Assembly (NCBI GenBank): GCA_938049385.1
Contig: CALIBQ010000012.1
Coordinates: 74,131-138,130, forward strand
Source of the DNA: an uncultured Anaerolineae bacterium
GTDB lineage: Bacteria; Chloroflexota; Anaerolineae; JACIWP01
Direction of reading: 5' to 3'
Length of the DNA stretch: 64,000 nucleotides
Shown here: positions 28,285 through 38,366 of the stretch, one piece after another
Position numbering within the stretch: position 1 is the stretch's first letter
How the letters are laid out: the number at the start of each line of letters is the position of its first letter
Made by a program: the position numbers and the translations under genes
Notes under the pieces: model-generated
The model's input: only the letters and a program-made list of their open reading frames with translations
Told to the model about the DNA's origin: nothing
Databases searched by the model: none

Positions 28285-29160
28285 ATGGAAATTGCGGTCC
28301 ATCTGTTGGTGCTCATCACTATATACGGTATTCTGGCCATCAGCCTGAACCTGATGGTGGGTATGGCGGGCCTCTTTAACCTGGGGCTGGCCGCCTTCTA
28401 CGGCATCGGCGCCTACACCTCGGCCATCTTATCGCGCAACTTCGGCGTGCCGGTGGGGTTGTCCCTGCTGGCCGGCGTGGCCCTGGCGGCCCTGATCGGC
28501 TTTATCATCGGCTTGCCCACGGTGAAGCTGGTGGGGGACTATCTCGCGGTGGTCACCATGGGCCTGGGCGAGATCACCCGCGCCGTCTTCAAGAACTGGG
28601 TGCCGGTGACCCGCGGCCCGATGGGTCTGCCCGGCATCCCCCACATGTCCCTCTTCGGCTTCAAGCTGGACACCGCACCGTTCTTTCTGGCCTTCAGTTT
28701 CCTGATGATCGCCGTCAGCTTCATTCTTGTGGAGCGCATCCGCTTATCGCCGTTCGGGCGGGTACTGCGGGGAGTGCGCGAGGATGAGATGGGCGCTCAG
28801 GCCTTGGGCAAGAACACGTACTGGTACAAGATGACCGCGCTGGTAGTGGGTTCCGGGCTGGCCGGCCTGGCCGGCGGGCTCTTCGCCCATTACATGAACT
28901 TCATTGATCCCTCCAGCTTCGTCATGTGGCTCACCTTCTTCATTTTCCTTGCTATTATGATGGGCGGTCTGGGCAATAACCTGGGCGCGGTGGTTGCTAC
29001 CGGCGTGCTGATGGTCCTGCGCGAGGGCCTGCGCTTTGCCGGCCTGCCGCCGGCGGTTGCCGCCCCCCTTCAGCAACTGATCTTCGGCATCCTGCTCATC
29101 ATCATGACCATCTTCGCCCCGCGCGGGCTGATCCCTGAGCAAAAGCCCAGGTATGATTGA
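28285..29160 (+). CDS. livM: Branched-chain amino acid ABC permease (LivM-like)
   Basis: AFYGIGAY, GDYLA and SPFGRVLRGVREDE motifs. Confidence 0.88.
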   Translation: MEIAVHLLVLITIYGILAISLNLMVGMAGLFNLGLAAFYGIGAYTSAILSRNFGVPVGLSLLAGVALAALIGFIIGLPTVKLVGDYLAVVTMGLGEITRAVFKNWVPVTRGPMGLPGIPHMSLFGFKLDTAPFFLAFSFLMIAVSFILVERIRLSPFGRVLRGVREDEMGAQALGKNTYWYKMTALVVGSGLAGLAGGLFAHYMNFIDPSSFVMWLTFFIFLAIMMGGLGNNLGAVVATGVLMVLREGLRFAGLPPAVAAPLQQLIFGILLIIMTIFAPRGLIPEQKPRYD

Positions 29161-29175
29161 GGAGGGACCTGCGAC

Positions 29176-29928
29176 GTGCTGCGCATCGAGAACCTCTCCA
29201 AGGATTTTGGCGGTCTGCGAGCGGTGGACCACTGCTCTTTCGAGGTGCCGGCCGGCACCATTTTCGGCCTCATTGGCCCCAACGGGAGCGGCAAAAGCAC
29301 CATCTTCAACCTGGTGACGGGCTTTCTCCTGCCCACTGAGGGGGAGATATACTTCAAGGGGGAGCGCATCACCGGCTGGCCGCCGTATGCGGTTGTGCGC
29401 AAGGGCATTGCCCGCACGTTCCAATTGGTGCGCGTCTTCCGCAACATGACCGTCATGGAGAACATGTTGCTAGGGCCCAAGCACCAGGTGGGGGAGAACT
29501 TCATCGCTGGCGTGCTGAACCTGCCGGCGGTGCGCCGGCAGGAGCGCGAGAACGTGAAAAAAGCCCGCGAACTGCTGGCCATGATGGGCCTGGAGCGCTT
29601 CGAGAACGAGTACGCCGGCAACCTCTCCTACGCGGAGCAGAAGCTGGTCGAGATTGCCCGCGCCCTAATGACCGACCCGGACTTCCTGATGCTGGACGAG
29701 CCGGCCTCCGGCATCAACCCTACGCTGGTGGATAACATCCTCCAGCATATCCGCCGCTTGCGCGACGAGCAGGGCAAGACCATCCTGCTGGTAGAACACG
29801 ATATGAACGTGGTGATGAACCTCTGTGACTGGATCGTAGTGCTCAACTACGGCCAGAAAATCTGCGAGGGCACGCCGGAAACAGTGAGCTGTGATCCGCG
29901 TGTCATTGACGCCTATCTGGGCGTATAG
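29176..29928 (+). CDS. livG: ABC ATP-binding protein (LivG-like)
   Basis: GPNGSGKST, LDEP, VEHDM and AYLG motifs. Confidence 0.9.
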   Translation: MLRIENLSKDFGGLRAVDHCSFEVPAGTIFGLIGPNGSGKSTIFNLVTGFLLPTEGEIYFKGERITGWPPYAVVRKGIARTFQLVRVFRNMTVMENMLLGPKHQVGENFIAGVLNLPAVRRQERENVKKARELLAMMGLERFENEYAGNLSYAEQKLVEIARALMTDPDFLMLDEPASGINPTLVDNILQHIRRLRDEQGKTILLVEHDMNVVMNLCDWIVVLNYGQKICEGTPETVSCDPRVIDAYLGV

Positions 29929-29946
29929 CCGGAATGGGAGCAAAGC

Positions 29947-30681
29947 ATGAGCGAACACACCGGTGAGACACTGCTGGAAATCCGCGACCTGGTCGCCGGC
30001 TACGGCAAAATCGAGGTACTGCACGGCATCTCGCTGAAGGTCCAGCGGGGAGAAATCGTGACCCTGGTCGGCGCCAACGGCGCCGGCAAGACCACCACCC
30101 TGCGCTCCATCATGGGCCTGACCGACATCCGCGCCGGCCGCATCATCTTCGACGGCACGGACATTACCGGCTGGTCCCCGCACCGCGTGGCCGCGCGCGG
30201 CATCGCCTTTGTGCCGCAGGAGCGCAGTATCTTCCCCTCCTTGACCGTTTACGAGAACCTGGAAATGGGCGCCTACCAACTGCCGCCGGGGGAATTTGCC
30301 GCCCGGCTGGAGGCCATTTATGCCCGCTTCCCCCGCCTGAAGGAGCGCTACCGCCAGCGCGCCGGCACTCTCTCCGGCGGTGAGCGCCGCATGCTGGCCA
30401 TCGCCCGCGGGCTGATCGCCAACCCGGCCCTGATGCTGGTGGACGAGCCGTCCCTGGGGCTGGCGCCGAAAGTGGTGGAGGCCGTCTTCGAGAACGTGCA
30501 GGGCATCAACCGCGAAGGCACCACCATCCTGCTGGTGGAACAGAACGCTCGGCGCGCATTGGCGATCGCGCACCGCGCCTATGTGATGGAACTGGGGCAT
30601 ATCCGCTACGAGGGCACCGGCCGGCAGTTGCTGGAGGACGAGCAGGTCCAGCGGCTGTATCTCGGCGGCGCCCGCACCTGA
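29947..30681 (+). CDS. livF: ABC ATP-binding protein (LivF-like)
   Basis: GANGAGKTT, LSGGE and DEPSLGLAP motifs. Confidence 0.9.
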   Translation: MSEHTGETLLEIRDLVAGYGKIEVLHGISLKVQRGEIVTLVGANGAGKTTTLRSIMGLTDIRAGRIIFDGTDITGWSPHRVAARGIAFVPQERSIFPSLTVYENLEMGAYQLPPGEFAARLEAIYARFPRLKERYRQRAGTLSGGERRMLAIARGLIANPALMLVDEPSLGLAPKVVEAVFENVQGINREGTTILLVEQNARRALAIAHRAYVMELGHIRYEGTGRQLLEDEQVQRLYLGGART

Positions 30682-30744
30682 TGCTCAAAGAGCGCCGGCT
30701 CCCGCCAGGCCGGCGTCTGTCTGCACCGCACGGAGGAAAGGAAC

Positions 30745-32199
30745 ATGCGCAGTAACTATCATGCCCAACTGACCCCTGCTGTTCGCGTGTTGTCCCAGGC
30801 ACAAATTGAGGAACTGCATTATGCCACGCTGGAGGTACTGCGGCGCACCGGCGTGCGCGTCCTGGTGGAAGAGGCGCGCGATCTGCTCCGCAAGGCCGGC
30901 TGTTGGGTGGACGGGGACCGCGTGCGCTTCCCCGCCGGCCTGGTGGAGTGGGCGATCCGCACCGCGCCCTCGCGCGTCGTGCTGTGCGATCGGGAAGGCC
31001 GGCCGGCCATGTACCTGGAGGACGGCCGCACCTACTTCGGCACCGGCTCCGACACTCCCTTTGTGATTGACATCCACACGGGGGAGCGCCGGCCCAGCCG
31101 CCTGCAGGATGTGGTGGATATGACGCGCCTGGTGGACGGCCTGCCCAACCTGGATTTTGTCATGTGCATGGGCATCGCCCAGGATGTGGACCAGGCGGTC
31201 TCCGACCTGTACCACTTCCGCGCCATGGTGGAAAACACCACCAAGCCCATCTGCTACACCGCCTGGAACCTGCGCAACCTGAAGGCGATCATCGAGATGT
31301 GCGAGGCGATCGCCGGCGGCGAGGAGGCCTTCCAGCGCAATCCCTTCGCCATCCTGTATGCCGAACCCATCAGCCCGCTCCAGCACATCGTCGAGGGCAC
31401 GGAGAAACTGCTGTACACTTGCCGCAAGCGCCTGCCCATCGTCTATACCCCGGGCATGATGTTCGGCGCCGCCGCGCCCATGACCAGCGCCGGCGGCCTG
31501 GTGGTGGCCAACGCTGAGCTCCTCTCCGGTCTGGTGATGGCGCAGTTGGCCTGCGAGGGGGTGGGCTTCGTGTACGGCGGCGGCGTCACCATCATGGATA
31601 TGCGCACCATGAGCGTTACCTACGCCTCACCGGAGTTCCTGCTGAACATGGTGGCGCTGACGGAGATGGCGCATTATTACCATCTGCCGGTCTTCTCCTT
31701 CGGCGCCTGCTCCGACAGCAAGTGCTTTGACCAGCAGGCCGGCCTGGAGGGGGGCATGTGGACGCTCCTGGCGGCGCTGGCCGGCGGCAACCTCTGCCAC
31801 GACGTCGGATACATTGACTCGGGGCTGACCGCCTCCATGGAGATGGTAGTGCTGGGCGACGAGGCCGCCGGCATGGTGCGGCGCTTCATGCAGGGCATCA
31901 CCATCAACGCCGAGACGCTGGCACTGGATGTCATTGACGCAGTGGGACCGGGCGGCAGTTTCTTGGGCACGGAGCACACTGTGCGCCATGTGCGCGAGAA
32001 TTGGTTCCCGACCCTGCTGGAGCGCGGCAGTTACGAGAACTGGGTGCAGGCCGGCAAACGCACGCTGGGGGATAAGGCCCGCCAGCGCGCCCTGCACATC
32101 CTGGAAACCCATCAACCGAAACCGCTGGAGCCGGCGGTCAAGCAGAAGCTTGATGCCATCATCGCCCGCGTGGAAGCGGAAATCGCCGGCGGGCACTAG
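30745..32199 (+). CDS. Trimethylamine methyltransferase (MttB) superfamily protein, non-pyrrolysine
   Basis: IEELHYATLEVL, ENTTKP, SDSK.FDQQAG and VGPGGSFL motifs; no in-frame TAG. Confidence 0.9.
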   Translation: MRSNYHAQLTPAVRVLSQAQIEELHYATLEVLRRTGVRVLVEEARDLLRKAGCWVDGDRVRFPAGLVEWAIRTAPSRVVLCDREGRPAMYLEDGRTYFGTGSDTPFVIDIHTGERRPSRLQDVVDMTRLVDGLPNLDFVMCMGIAQDVDQAVSDLYHFRAMVENTTKPICYTAWNLRNLKAIIEMCEAIAGGEEAFQRNPFAILYAEPISPLQHIVEGTEKLLYTCRKRLPIVYTPGMMFGAAAPMTSAGGLVVANAELLSGLVMAQLACEGVGFVYGGGVTIMDMRTMSVTYASPEFLLNMVALTEMAHYYHLPVFSFGACSDSKCFDQQAGLEGGMWTLLAALAGGNLCHDVGYIDSGLTASMEMVVLGDEAAGMVRRFMQGITINAETLALDVIDAVGPGGSFLGTEHTVRHVRENWFPTLLERGSYENWVQAGKRTLGDKARQRALHILETHQPKPLEPAVKQKLDAIIARVEAEIAGGH

Positions 32200-32231
32200 C
32201 CTTCCCATTGACAGAGGAAAAGGAGGGAGAG

Positions 32232-33698
32232 ATGAACTCGGGATTCCGGTCCCAATGTGTGCCCAGCTACCGCCTGCTGACCGAGGAGCAGATTAAGGAG
32301 ATTCACCTGGCCACCTTGGAGGTGCTGGAGACGGTCGGTGTGCGGGTGATGTGCGAGGAGGGCGTGGAGCTCCTGCAGAGCGCCGGCTGTCGCGTGCGCG
32401 ACGGCAACATCGTGATGATACCGCCTTGGCTGGTGGAAGAATGCATCCACAGCGCACCGCCCCGCATCACCATCTACAACCGCAAAGGCGAGGAGGCGAT
32501 GCTCCTCGAGGGGCGCAAGATTTACTTCGGCATGGGCACCGACCTGACCATGACCTATGACCTCTACACGGGGGAACTGCGCCCCTCGGTCCTGCAGGAT
32601 GTGCGCAACATGGCGCGCGTGGCCGACGCCTGCGAGCATATTGACTTCCTGGCATCCATGGCACTGCCGCACGACGTCCCGACCAACGCCATGTACCTGG
32701 AGTGCGTCAAGGCGCAGATGGAGAACTCCACCAAGCCCATCTTCTTCACCGCCGGCGGGAGTGAGGACCTGGCCTACATCATCCGCATGGCGGAGGTGGT
32801 GGCCGGCGGCCCGGAGGCCCTGCGCGCCAAACCCTTCATCATCCATTACTCCGAACCGACGCCGCCGCTGACCCATTCCTACGGCGCGGTGCGCAAGCTG
32901 TTCCTGTGCGCCGAGCGCGGCATCCCCATCTGCTACCCACCGGGATTGATCCTGGGCGCCAGCGGCCCGGTGACGCTGGCCGGCGGCATTGTCCAGGCCA
33001 ACGCCGAGGCGTTGAGCGGCGTGGTGCTCCATCAGCTCAAGGCTAAGGGTGCGCCCATCATCAGCGGCATCGCCGCTGTACCTATGGACATGTCCACCTC
33101 CACCTTCTGCTACGGCGCGCCGGAGTTCCGGCTGACCAACTCTGCCTTCGCCGACCTGTACCACTGGTACGGACTGCCGATGTGGTCCACCGTGGGGACG
33201 GACGCCCATGCCTTCGACCAGCAGGCGGCCATCGAACATGCCGTCGCCACCTTCATGGCGGCGCTGGACGGGGCCAACCTGATCCACGACGTGGGCTACC
33301 TGGGGCAGGGCCTGATCGGCAACCCGGCCATGGTGCTGATGGGCAACGAGCTGATCAGCTACACCAAGCGGCTCCTGCGGGGTTTTGACATCAACCGCGA
33401 CACCCTGGCGCTGGATGCCATCCGGCGGGTGGGGCCGGGCGGCCATTACCTGGCGGAGGAGCATACCCTGCGGCACTTCCGCCAGGAGCTGTGGCGGCCG
33501 CAGTTCCTGAACCGCGATGACCCCGATACCTGGATCAGCAAGGGGCGCAAGACCTACAGCGACCGGGTGATTCAGGAGACGAAGCGGCTCTTGGAGGCGC
33601 ATCGGCCGGAGCCTCTGCCGGCCGATACCGCCGCGGCTATCGAGGCCATCGCCGCAGAAGCGCGCCAGGCACTGGCCGGCATCCACTTCATCGCCTGA
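32232..33698 (+). CDS. MttB superfamily methyltransferase paralog, non-pyrrolysine
   Basis: IHLATLEVL, ENSTKP, GANLIHDVGY and VGPGGHYL motifs; no in-frame TAG. Confidence 0.9.
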   Translation: MNSGFRSQCVPSYRLLTEEQIKEIHLATLEVLETVGVRVMCEEGVELLQSAGCRVRDGNIVMIPPWLVEECIHSAPPRITIYNRKGEEAMLLEGRKIYFGMGTDLTMTYDLYTGELRPSVLQDVRNMARVADACEHIDFLASMALPHDVPTNAMYLECVKAQMENSTKPIFFTAGGSEDLAYIIRMAEVVAGGPEALRAKPFIIHYSEPTPPLTHSYGAVRKLFLCAERGIPICYPPGLILGASGPVTLAGGIVQANAEALSGVVLHQLKAKGAPIISGIAAVPMDMSTSTFCYGAPEFRLTNSAFADLYHWYGLPMWSTVGTDAHAFDQQAAIEHAVATFMAALDGANLIHDVGYLGQGLIGNPAMVLMGNELISYTKRLLRGFDINRDTLALDAIRRVGPGGHYLAEEHTLRHFRQELWRPQFLNRDDPDTWISKGRKTYSDRVIQETKRLLEAHRPEPLPADTAAAIEAIAAEARQALAGIHFIA

Positions 33699-33715
33699 CC
33701 CCCTACCCGCAACCT

Positions 33716-33767
33716 CACAGCCCGGGCGGAGAGCGGCTCCCGTTTTTGCGCCCCGTCCCGGGCTGTG
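33716..33767 (+). terminator. Stem-loop after the MttB operon
   Basis: CACAGCCCGGG...CCCGGGCTGTG outer stem with an inner hairpin and T-run. Confidence 0.45.
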
Positions 33768-33819
33768 TTATGATGCAGATGTGAAGGCTTGCCAGGCTAA
33801 CGCGCAAATCGGGAGTCAT

Positions 33820-34524
33820 ATGAAAGCCAGAGAAACGGCCGGCCGCGCCGGCTCAACCACCGGGGAGCGCAAACCGCCCGTGGACTATGTGGTGTTCGAC
33901 CTGGACGAGACCATTTATCCCCGCGATGCCGGCGTCATGCAGGCCATTGGCGAGCGCATCACCGAATATCTCCAGCGCTATCTGGGCCTTTCCTTTGAAG
34001 ATGCGGTGGCCCTGCGCCGGCGCTACGTGAGGGAATACGGCACGACCCTGCGGGGACTGCGCCGGCACCATCAGATTGACGCCGACCACTATATGGACTT
34101 CGTCCATGACATTCCCATTGAGCGACTGCTCCACTACGACACCCGCCTGGACCAAGCTCTCTCCCGGATTGATGCCCAGAAAGCGATATTCACCAATGCC
34201 TCGCGCCAGCACGCCGAACGGGTGCTGGAGGCAATGGGCATCCGCCGGCATTTCTCCCGCATCATCGAGGTGCGCGACGTGGGATGGGAGGGCAAGCCCG
34301 ATCCCCAGGCCTACACCCGTCTGGTGGAACTGCTTGGGACCAGGCCGGAGCGCATCATGCTGGTGGAGGACAGCCTGCGCAACCTGCGGCCGGCGGCCCA
34401 GCTGGGCATGATCACCGTGCTGGTGGACGGTGAGGGCTACGGCGAGGTGGATTTCGTCATTGATGAGGTATGGCAGATCGGCGACGTGTACGCGGCCTTG
34501 TGCCAGCGGAGCCAAGAGGAATAA
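33820..34524 (+). CDS. HAD-family pyrimidine 5'-nucleotidase
   Basis: FDLDETIY, FTNA, KP and VEDS..NL motifs; start uncertain (33781/33820/33880). Confidence 0.85.
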   Translation: MKARETAGRAGSTTGERKPPVDYVVFDLDETIYPRDAGVMQAIGERITEYLQRYLGLSFEDAVALRRRYVREYGTTLRGLRRHHQIDADHYMDFVHDIPIERLLHYDTRLDQALSRIDAQKAIFTNASRQHAERVLEAMGIRRHFSRIIEVRDVGWEGKPDPQAYTRLVELLGTRPERIMLVEDSLRNLRPAAQLGMITVLVDGEGYGEVDFVIDEVWQIGDVYAALCQRSQEE

Positions 34525-34561
34525 CCCCTGGGGACAATAAAAACGCGACAAGGAGGTTGCG

Positions 34562-35782
34562 ATGTTGAAATCCCCCATGGACGGTCAGTGGACGACCAAT
34601 TGGGAGCTTCAGTATGCCCAGCGCACCCAGGCCATGACGAGCTCCATTATCCGGGATTTGCTGAAGCTCACCCAACAGCCGGATGTCATTTCCTTCGCCG
34701 GCGGACTGCCGGCACCCGAACTGTTCCCCATCCGTGAGTTCAAGGAAGCCTGCGCCTACATCCTTGAGCACGACGGTGCCCGCGCCCTGCAGTACGGCCC
34801 CACCGACGGCTACCCGCCGCTGAAAGAGTTCCTGGTGGAGAAGATGCAGAAGTACGGCGTGCCGGCGGAGATGGAAAACGTGCTCATCACCAACGGCTCC
34901 CAGCAGGCGCTGGACCTCATCGGAAAGGTCTTCATCAACCGCGGCGATGTCATCGTCACCGAAGCGCCGACCTATCTGGGCGCCCTGCAGGCCTGGAACC
35001 TCTTCGGCCCGCGCTATGTGACGGTGCCCAGCGATGATGACGGCATGCAGGTGGACAAGCTGGAAGAGGTGTTGAAGCGGGAGAAGGTCAAGTTCATCTA
35101 TGTACTGCCCAACTTCCACAATCCCGCCGGCGTCACCCTGGCGGAAGAGCGGCGCTACCGGCTGGTGGAGATCGCCGGCAAGTACGGCGTCCCCATCATC
35201 GAGGACGACCCCTACGGCGAACTGCGCTTCGAGGGCAAAGACCTGGTGCCCATCATCGTGCTCCATAAAGAGAACGTCATCTATCTGAGCACCTTCTCTA
35301 AAACGCTGGCGCCCGGCATCCGCCTCGGCTGGGTGACGGCGCCGGGCCGGGTGATTGACCGCCTGATCATGGCCAAGCAGGCGGCAGACCTGCACACCAG
35401 CACCTTCGTGCAGATGGTGGCCAATGATATCTGCCAGCGCGGCATCCTGAAGCGGCATGTGCAGATCATCCGTAAGGTGTACCGCGAACGCCGCGACGTT
35501 ATGCTGGAGGCGATGGAAGAGTTCTTCCCCGAGGGGGTTACCTGGACGCGGCCGCAGGGCGGCATGTTTCTGTGGGTGCGCTTGCCGGAAAAAGTGGATG
35601 CGGCCAAGCTCCTGCGGGTGGCACTGGAAGAAAAGGTGGCCTTCGTGCCGGGCGCGGCTTTCTTCCCCAACGGCGGCGGCCACAACACCATGCGGCTGAA
35701 CTTCTCCAACGCCCAGCCGGAGATGATTCGCGAGGGCATCCGCCGGCTGGGACGCGCCATCGCGCGGGAGATTGACGGATGA
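34562..35782 (+). CDS. PLP-dependent aminotransferase (2-aminoadipate transaminase-like)
   Basis: ISFAGGLP, NGSQQALD, EDDPYG and STFSKTLAPGIRLGW motifs. Confidence 0.9.
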   Translation: MLKSPMDGQWTTNWELQYAQRTQAMTSSIIRDLLKLTQQPDVISFAGGLPAPELFPIREFKEACAYILEHDGARALQYGPTDGYPPLKEFLVEKMQKYGVPAEMENVLITNGSQQALDLIGKVFINRGDVIVTEAPTYLGALQAWNLFGPRYVTVPSDDDGMQVDKLEEVLKREKVKFIYVLPNFHNPAGVTLAEERRYRLVEIAGKYGVPIIEDDPYGELRFEGKDLVPIIVLHKENVIYLSTFSKTLAPGIRLGWVTAPGRVIDRLIMAKQAADLHTSTFVQMVANDICQRGILKRHVQIIRKVYRERRDVMLEAMEEFFPEGVTWTRPQGGMFLWVRLPEKVDAAKLLRVALEEKVAFVPGAAFFPNGGGHNTMRLNFSNAQPEMIREGIRRLGRAIAREIDG

Positions 35783-36213
35783 GCGAGGAAGGCGCTCCGA
35801 TCGCCGCGCCGGCGGTCGAGACCAGCCTGCGCGTGCGCTACGCCGAGACCGACGCCCAGGGTGTGGTCTATTACGCCAACTACCTGGTCTGGTTCGAGGT
35901 CGGGCGTGTGGAGTACATCCGCCGGCAAGGCATCTCCTATGCTGACTTGGAGGCCCAGCGCCTGGGCATCATGATCGTGGAAGCGCAGTGCCGCTATTAC
36001 GCGCCGGCCTTTTTCGACGACCTCATCACGATCCGTACCTGGATCGACGAGGCGCGGCGGAGCAGTTTCCGCTTCCGCTATCAGGTGCGGCGTGGAGAAA
36101 CACTGCTGGCGGAGGGATACACCGTGCAGGTGATGGTGGACATGGAGCGGCGGGAGCCGGTGCCCATCCCGCCGGCCCTCCGCCAGCTTTTCCTCGGAGG
36201 TGAAAGCCGGTGA
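35779..36213 (+). CDS. YbgC/FadM-family acyl-CoA thioesterase
   Basis: VRYAETDAQGVVYYANY motif. Confidence 0.9.
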   Translation: MSEEGAPIAAPAVETSLRVRYAETDAQGVVYYANYLVWFEVGRVEYIRRQGISYADLEAQRLGIMIVEAQCRYYAPAFFDDLITIRTWIDEARRSSFRFRYQVRRGETLLAEGYTVQVMVDMERREPVPIPPALRQLFLGGESR

Positions 36214-36259
36214 CGGGCACTTCGCTGGAGACTGTCACCGGCTGACGGCTCTCTGGCGG

Positions 36260-37471
36260 TTATCCCCGGGAGCGGCGGCCTGCCCACCAGGCGAGCAGTG
36301 CAAGCACGCCGGCGAACAGTATGGCCCGCGACAGCGAGATACCGCCCTTCGGCTCACGCAGGGCCGGCACATAGCGCGTCATATCATGGATGATGATGTT
36401 GCGCTTTTCCAGCTCCCGCAGGAAGGCGCGCGGGTCAATGCATGCCTCCGGCGCCAGCACCCCTTTCTCCTTAATCTGCCCCGCTCCCAGCATCACTGTA
36501 CCGATGGCCAGCGGGATGCCGGTCAGCCGGTTCATGTGGTCGGCGGCGCCGTAGGAGATGAGCTGGGGCTTGCCGTTCTTGCGGCCGTGGACATCCACGC
36601 GTATCGCCGAACAGGGTTCCTCCGGTGCCCCGATACGCGAGAGAAGCGGCAGGGCCATTTTGATGACCTTGCCCAGGGCATCCTTGCGCGCCGGCGTGCG
36701 GGTCAGTCCAACGCGGTTGAGGAACATCGCCAGGCGGTTCAGCTCATCTTCCGAAAGCCCGCCTTTCAGGGTAACCGTCTTCACCCCCGGCAGGAAGCGC
36801 GGCAGAGTGACCGGTTCCGGATGACCCAGGTGGTAGACGTAGATATCGCCCACCGGGTCGGGGAAGCGCACCAGCTCCCGGCCGGAGCCGGCCGGCACGC
36901 TCACCAGCTCGCCGTTCTGGAAGGACGGCACCATGCCGGTGAAGATGTGAATGGTGTGCAGGATCACGGCATAGCCCTCGCTGTCGGAGGCACTGCCGGC
37001 CCAAGCCACATGGATTTCGTCCACTTCATCGAGCTGGTCGGCGGCGCGGCGCGCCAGCACGTTCGATAACCCCGGCGTCCAGCCCAACCCGGTGATGACG
37101 GTCACCCCCTTTTCCTTCGCCAGGGGGTCCATCTCCAGCACCGCCTGGGCGGCATCGTAATCATCGCACAGGCTGACGTAAGGGACGCCGGCCTCGATGG
37201 CGGCGCGCGCCATTTTGGCCTCGTACTTGTAGAACGGCCCGATGGCGCCGGCGGCCGCATCATGGCCGGCGATGACCTGCACCAGCAGGTCATGGTCGTT
37301 GGCATCCACCCACAGCGCCTGGGCCTTGTCCCCCACCAACTGTGCCAGGCGCTGGGCACCCTCGAAGTTATAATCCGCGATGGTGATGCGCTCCACCTGG
37401 GGCTGTGCGGCCAGGTCCCATACCGCCGCACTGCCCATGTCACCAGCCCCTCCCAACACCACGACCTTCAT
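36260..37471 (-). CDS. Saccharopine dehydrogenase-family oxidoreductase with a C-terminal hydrophobic tail
   Basis: GGAGDMG Rossmann motif; GPFY, GWTPGLSN and HPEP motifs. Confidence 0.85.
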   Translation of the reverse strand: MKVVVLGGAGDMGSAAVWDLAAQPQVERITIADYNFEGAQRLAQLVGDKAQALWVDANDHDLLVQVIAGHDAAAGAIGPFYKYEAKMARAAIEAGVPYVSLCDDYDAAQAVLEMDPLAKEKGVTVITGLGWTPGLSNVLARRAADQLDEVDEIHVAWAGSASDSEGYAVILHTIHIFTGMVPSFQNGELVSVPAGSGRELVRFPDPVGDIYVYHLGHPEPVTLPRFLPGVKTVTLKGGLSEDELNRLAMFLNRVGLTRTPARKDALGKVIKMALPLLSRIGAPEEPCSAIRVDVHGRKNGKPQLISYGAADHMNRLTGIPLAIGTVMLGAGQIKEKGVLAPEACIDPRAFLRELEKRNIIIHDMTRYVPALREPKGGISLSRAILFAGVLALLAWWAGRRSRG

Positions 37472-37507
37472 GTGCTCCCTCCTTCCTTGGCGCGAGCAGA
37501 GAACAGG

Positions 37508-37936
37508 TTATGCCAGGGCATGCAGGGCCTGGCGAATGCGTTCCGCCATCTCGTCGAGTTCCGGGCGGGATGCCCGCCGGCCGTAGCCGGATGGGAAGCG
37601 GAAGCCGAAGCCATCCCCCGGATAGCGGGGCAGGAGGTGCAGATGCAGGTGCCAGACCTCCTGGCCGGCGGCCGCCTCATTGGCGATGTGGCAGTTCAGC
37701 CCGGCACAACCGGTGGCCTGACGCAGGGCCGGCGCCAGGCGTGCCGCCGTCTCCATCAGCTTGCCGGTTATTTCCGGCGGCGCATCGAAAACGTTGCGGT
37801 AATGGGCCTTGGGGATGATCAGGAGATGCCCCGGCAGTACCGGGATGATGTCCATGAACGCCATAACCTCGTCATCCTGGTAGACGATGCTGGCCGGCGC
37901 GCGGCCGGCGGCGATCTCGCAGAAAATGCAGTCCAT
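37508..37936 (-). CDS. HIT family hydrolase
   Basis: MDCIFC and HLHLHLLPR motifs. Confidence 0.93.
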   Translation of the reverse strand: MDCIFCEIAAGRAPASIVYQDDEVMAFMDIIPVLPGHLLIIPKAHYRNVFDAPPEITGKLMETAARLAPALRQATGCAGLNCHIANEAAAGQEVWHLHLHLLPRYPGDGFGFRFPSGYGRRASRPELDEMAERIRQALHALA

Positions 37937-38055
37937 GGCCGGCTCCTCGTGTTCGGCAGTGTCAGGTTGATTTCCCGCCTATTATAGCACGGGAGCGCCG
38001 GCGCTACAATACGGCGAACAGCCGTCCCGCTGGCGCGCGGCCGGCCGCGCCTGCA

Positions 38056-38084
38056 TGGACAAAGTGCGCGCATTCCGCTATAAT
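38056..38084 (+). promoter_or_regulatory. Sigma70-like promoter upstream of a REP doublet
   Basis: TGGACA-N17-TATAAT. Confidence 0.5.
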
Positions 38085-38110
38085 GCAAGCTGTGCTCCAT
38101 CCCGCATCTT

Positions 38111-38191
38111 GCCTGGTGCTGAAGCACCAGGCTCACGGGCCAAGCCCCGCAAGGGCTTTGCTTCGTAGGCCGGCGGCTTCCAGCCGCCGGC
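38111..38191. repeat. Divergent REP doublet (GTAG-type REP)
   Basis: Hairpins GCCTGGTGCTGAAGCACCAGGC and GTAG-GCCGGCGGCTTCCAGCCGCCGGC. Confidence 0.65.
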
Positions 38192-38366
38192 GAACCCGCC
38201 GCCCTATGGCACGTGTCAATGCGAATAAGAAGCTGTGGCGCTGGTTAGCCTCGATAAGCACTTGAGACAACAGGTTTGCTGTCAAGATAAAAATATAAAA
38301 ATTTGCACTTCATCAACTGCCAGGCAACCTTTTTCAACATCTGTTATAATGGGAGCGCGGGCAGTG

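Noticed and set aside
30745-33698. Pyrrolysine recoding in the MttB-family genes
   Set aside because: No in-frame TAG; both ORFs are full length
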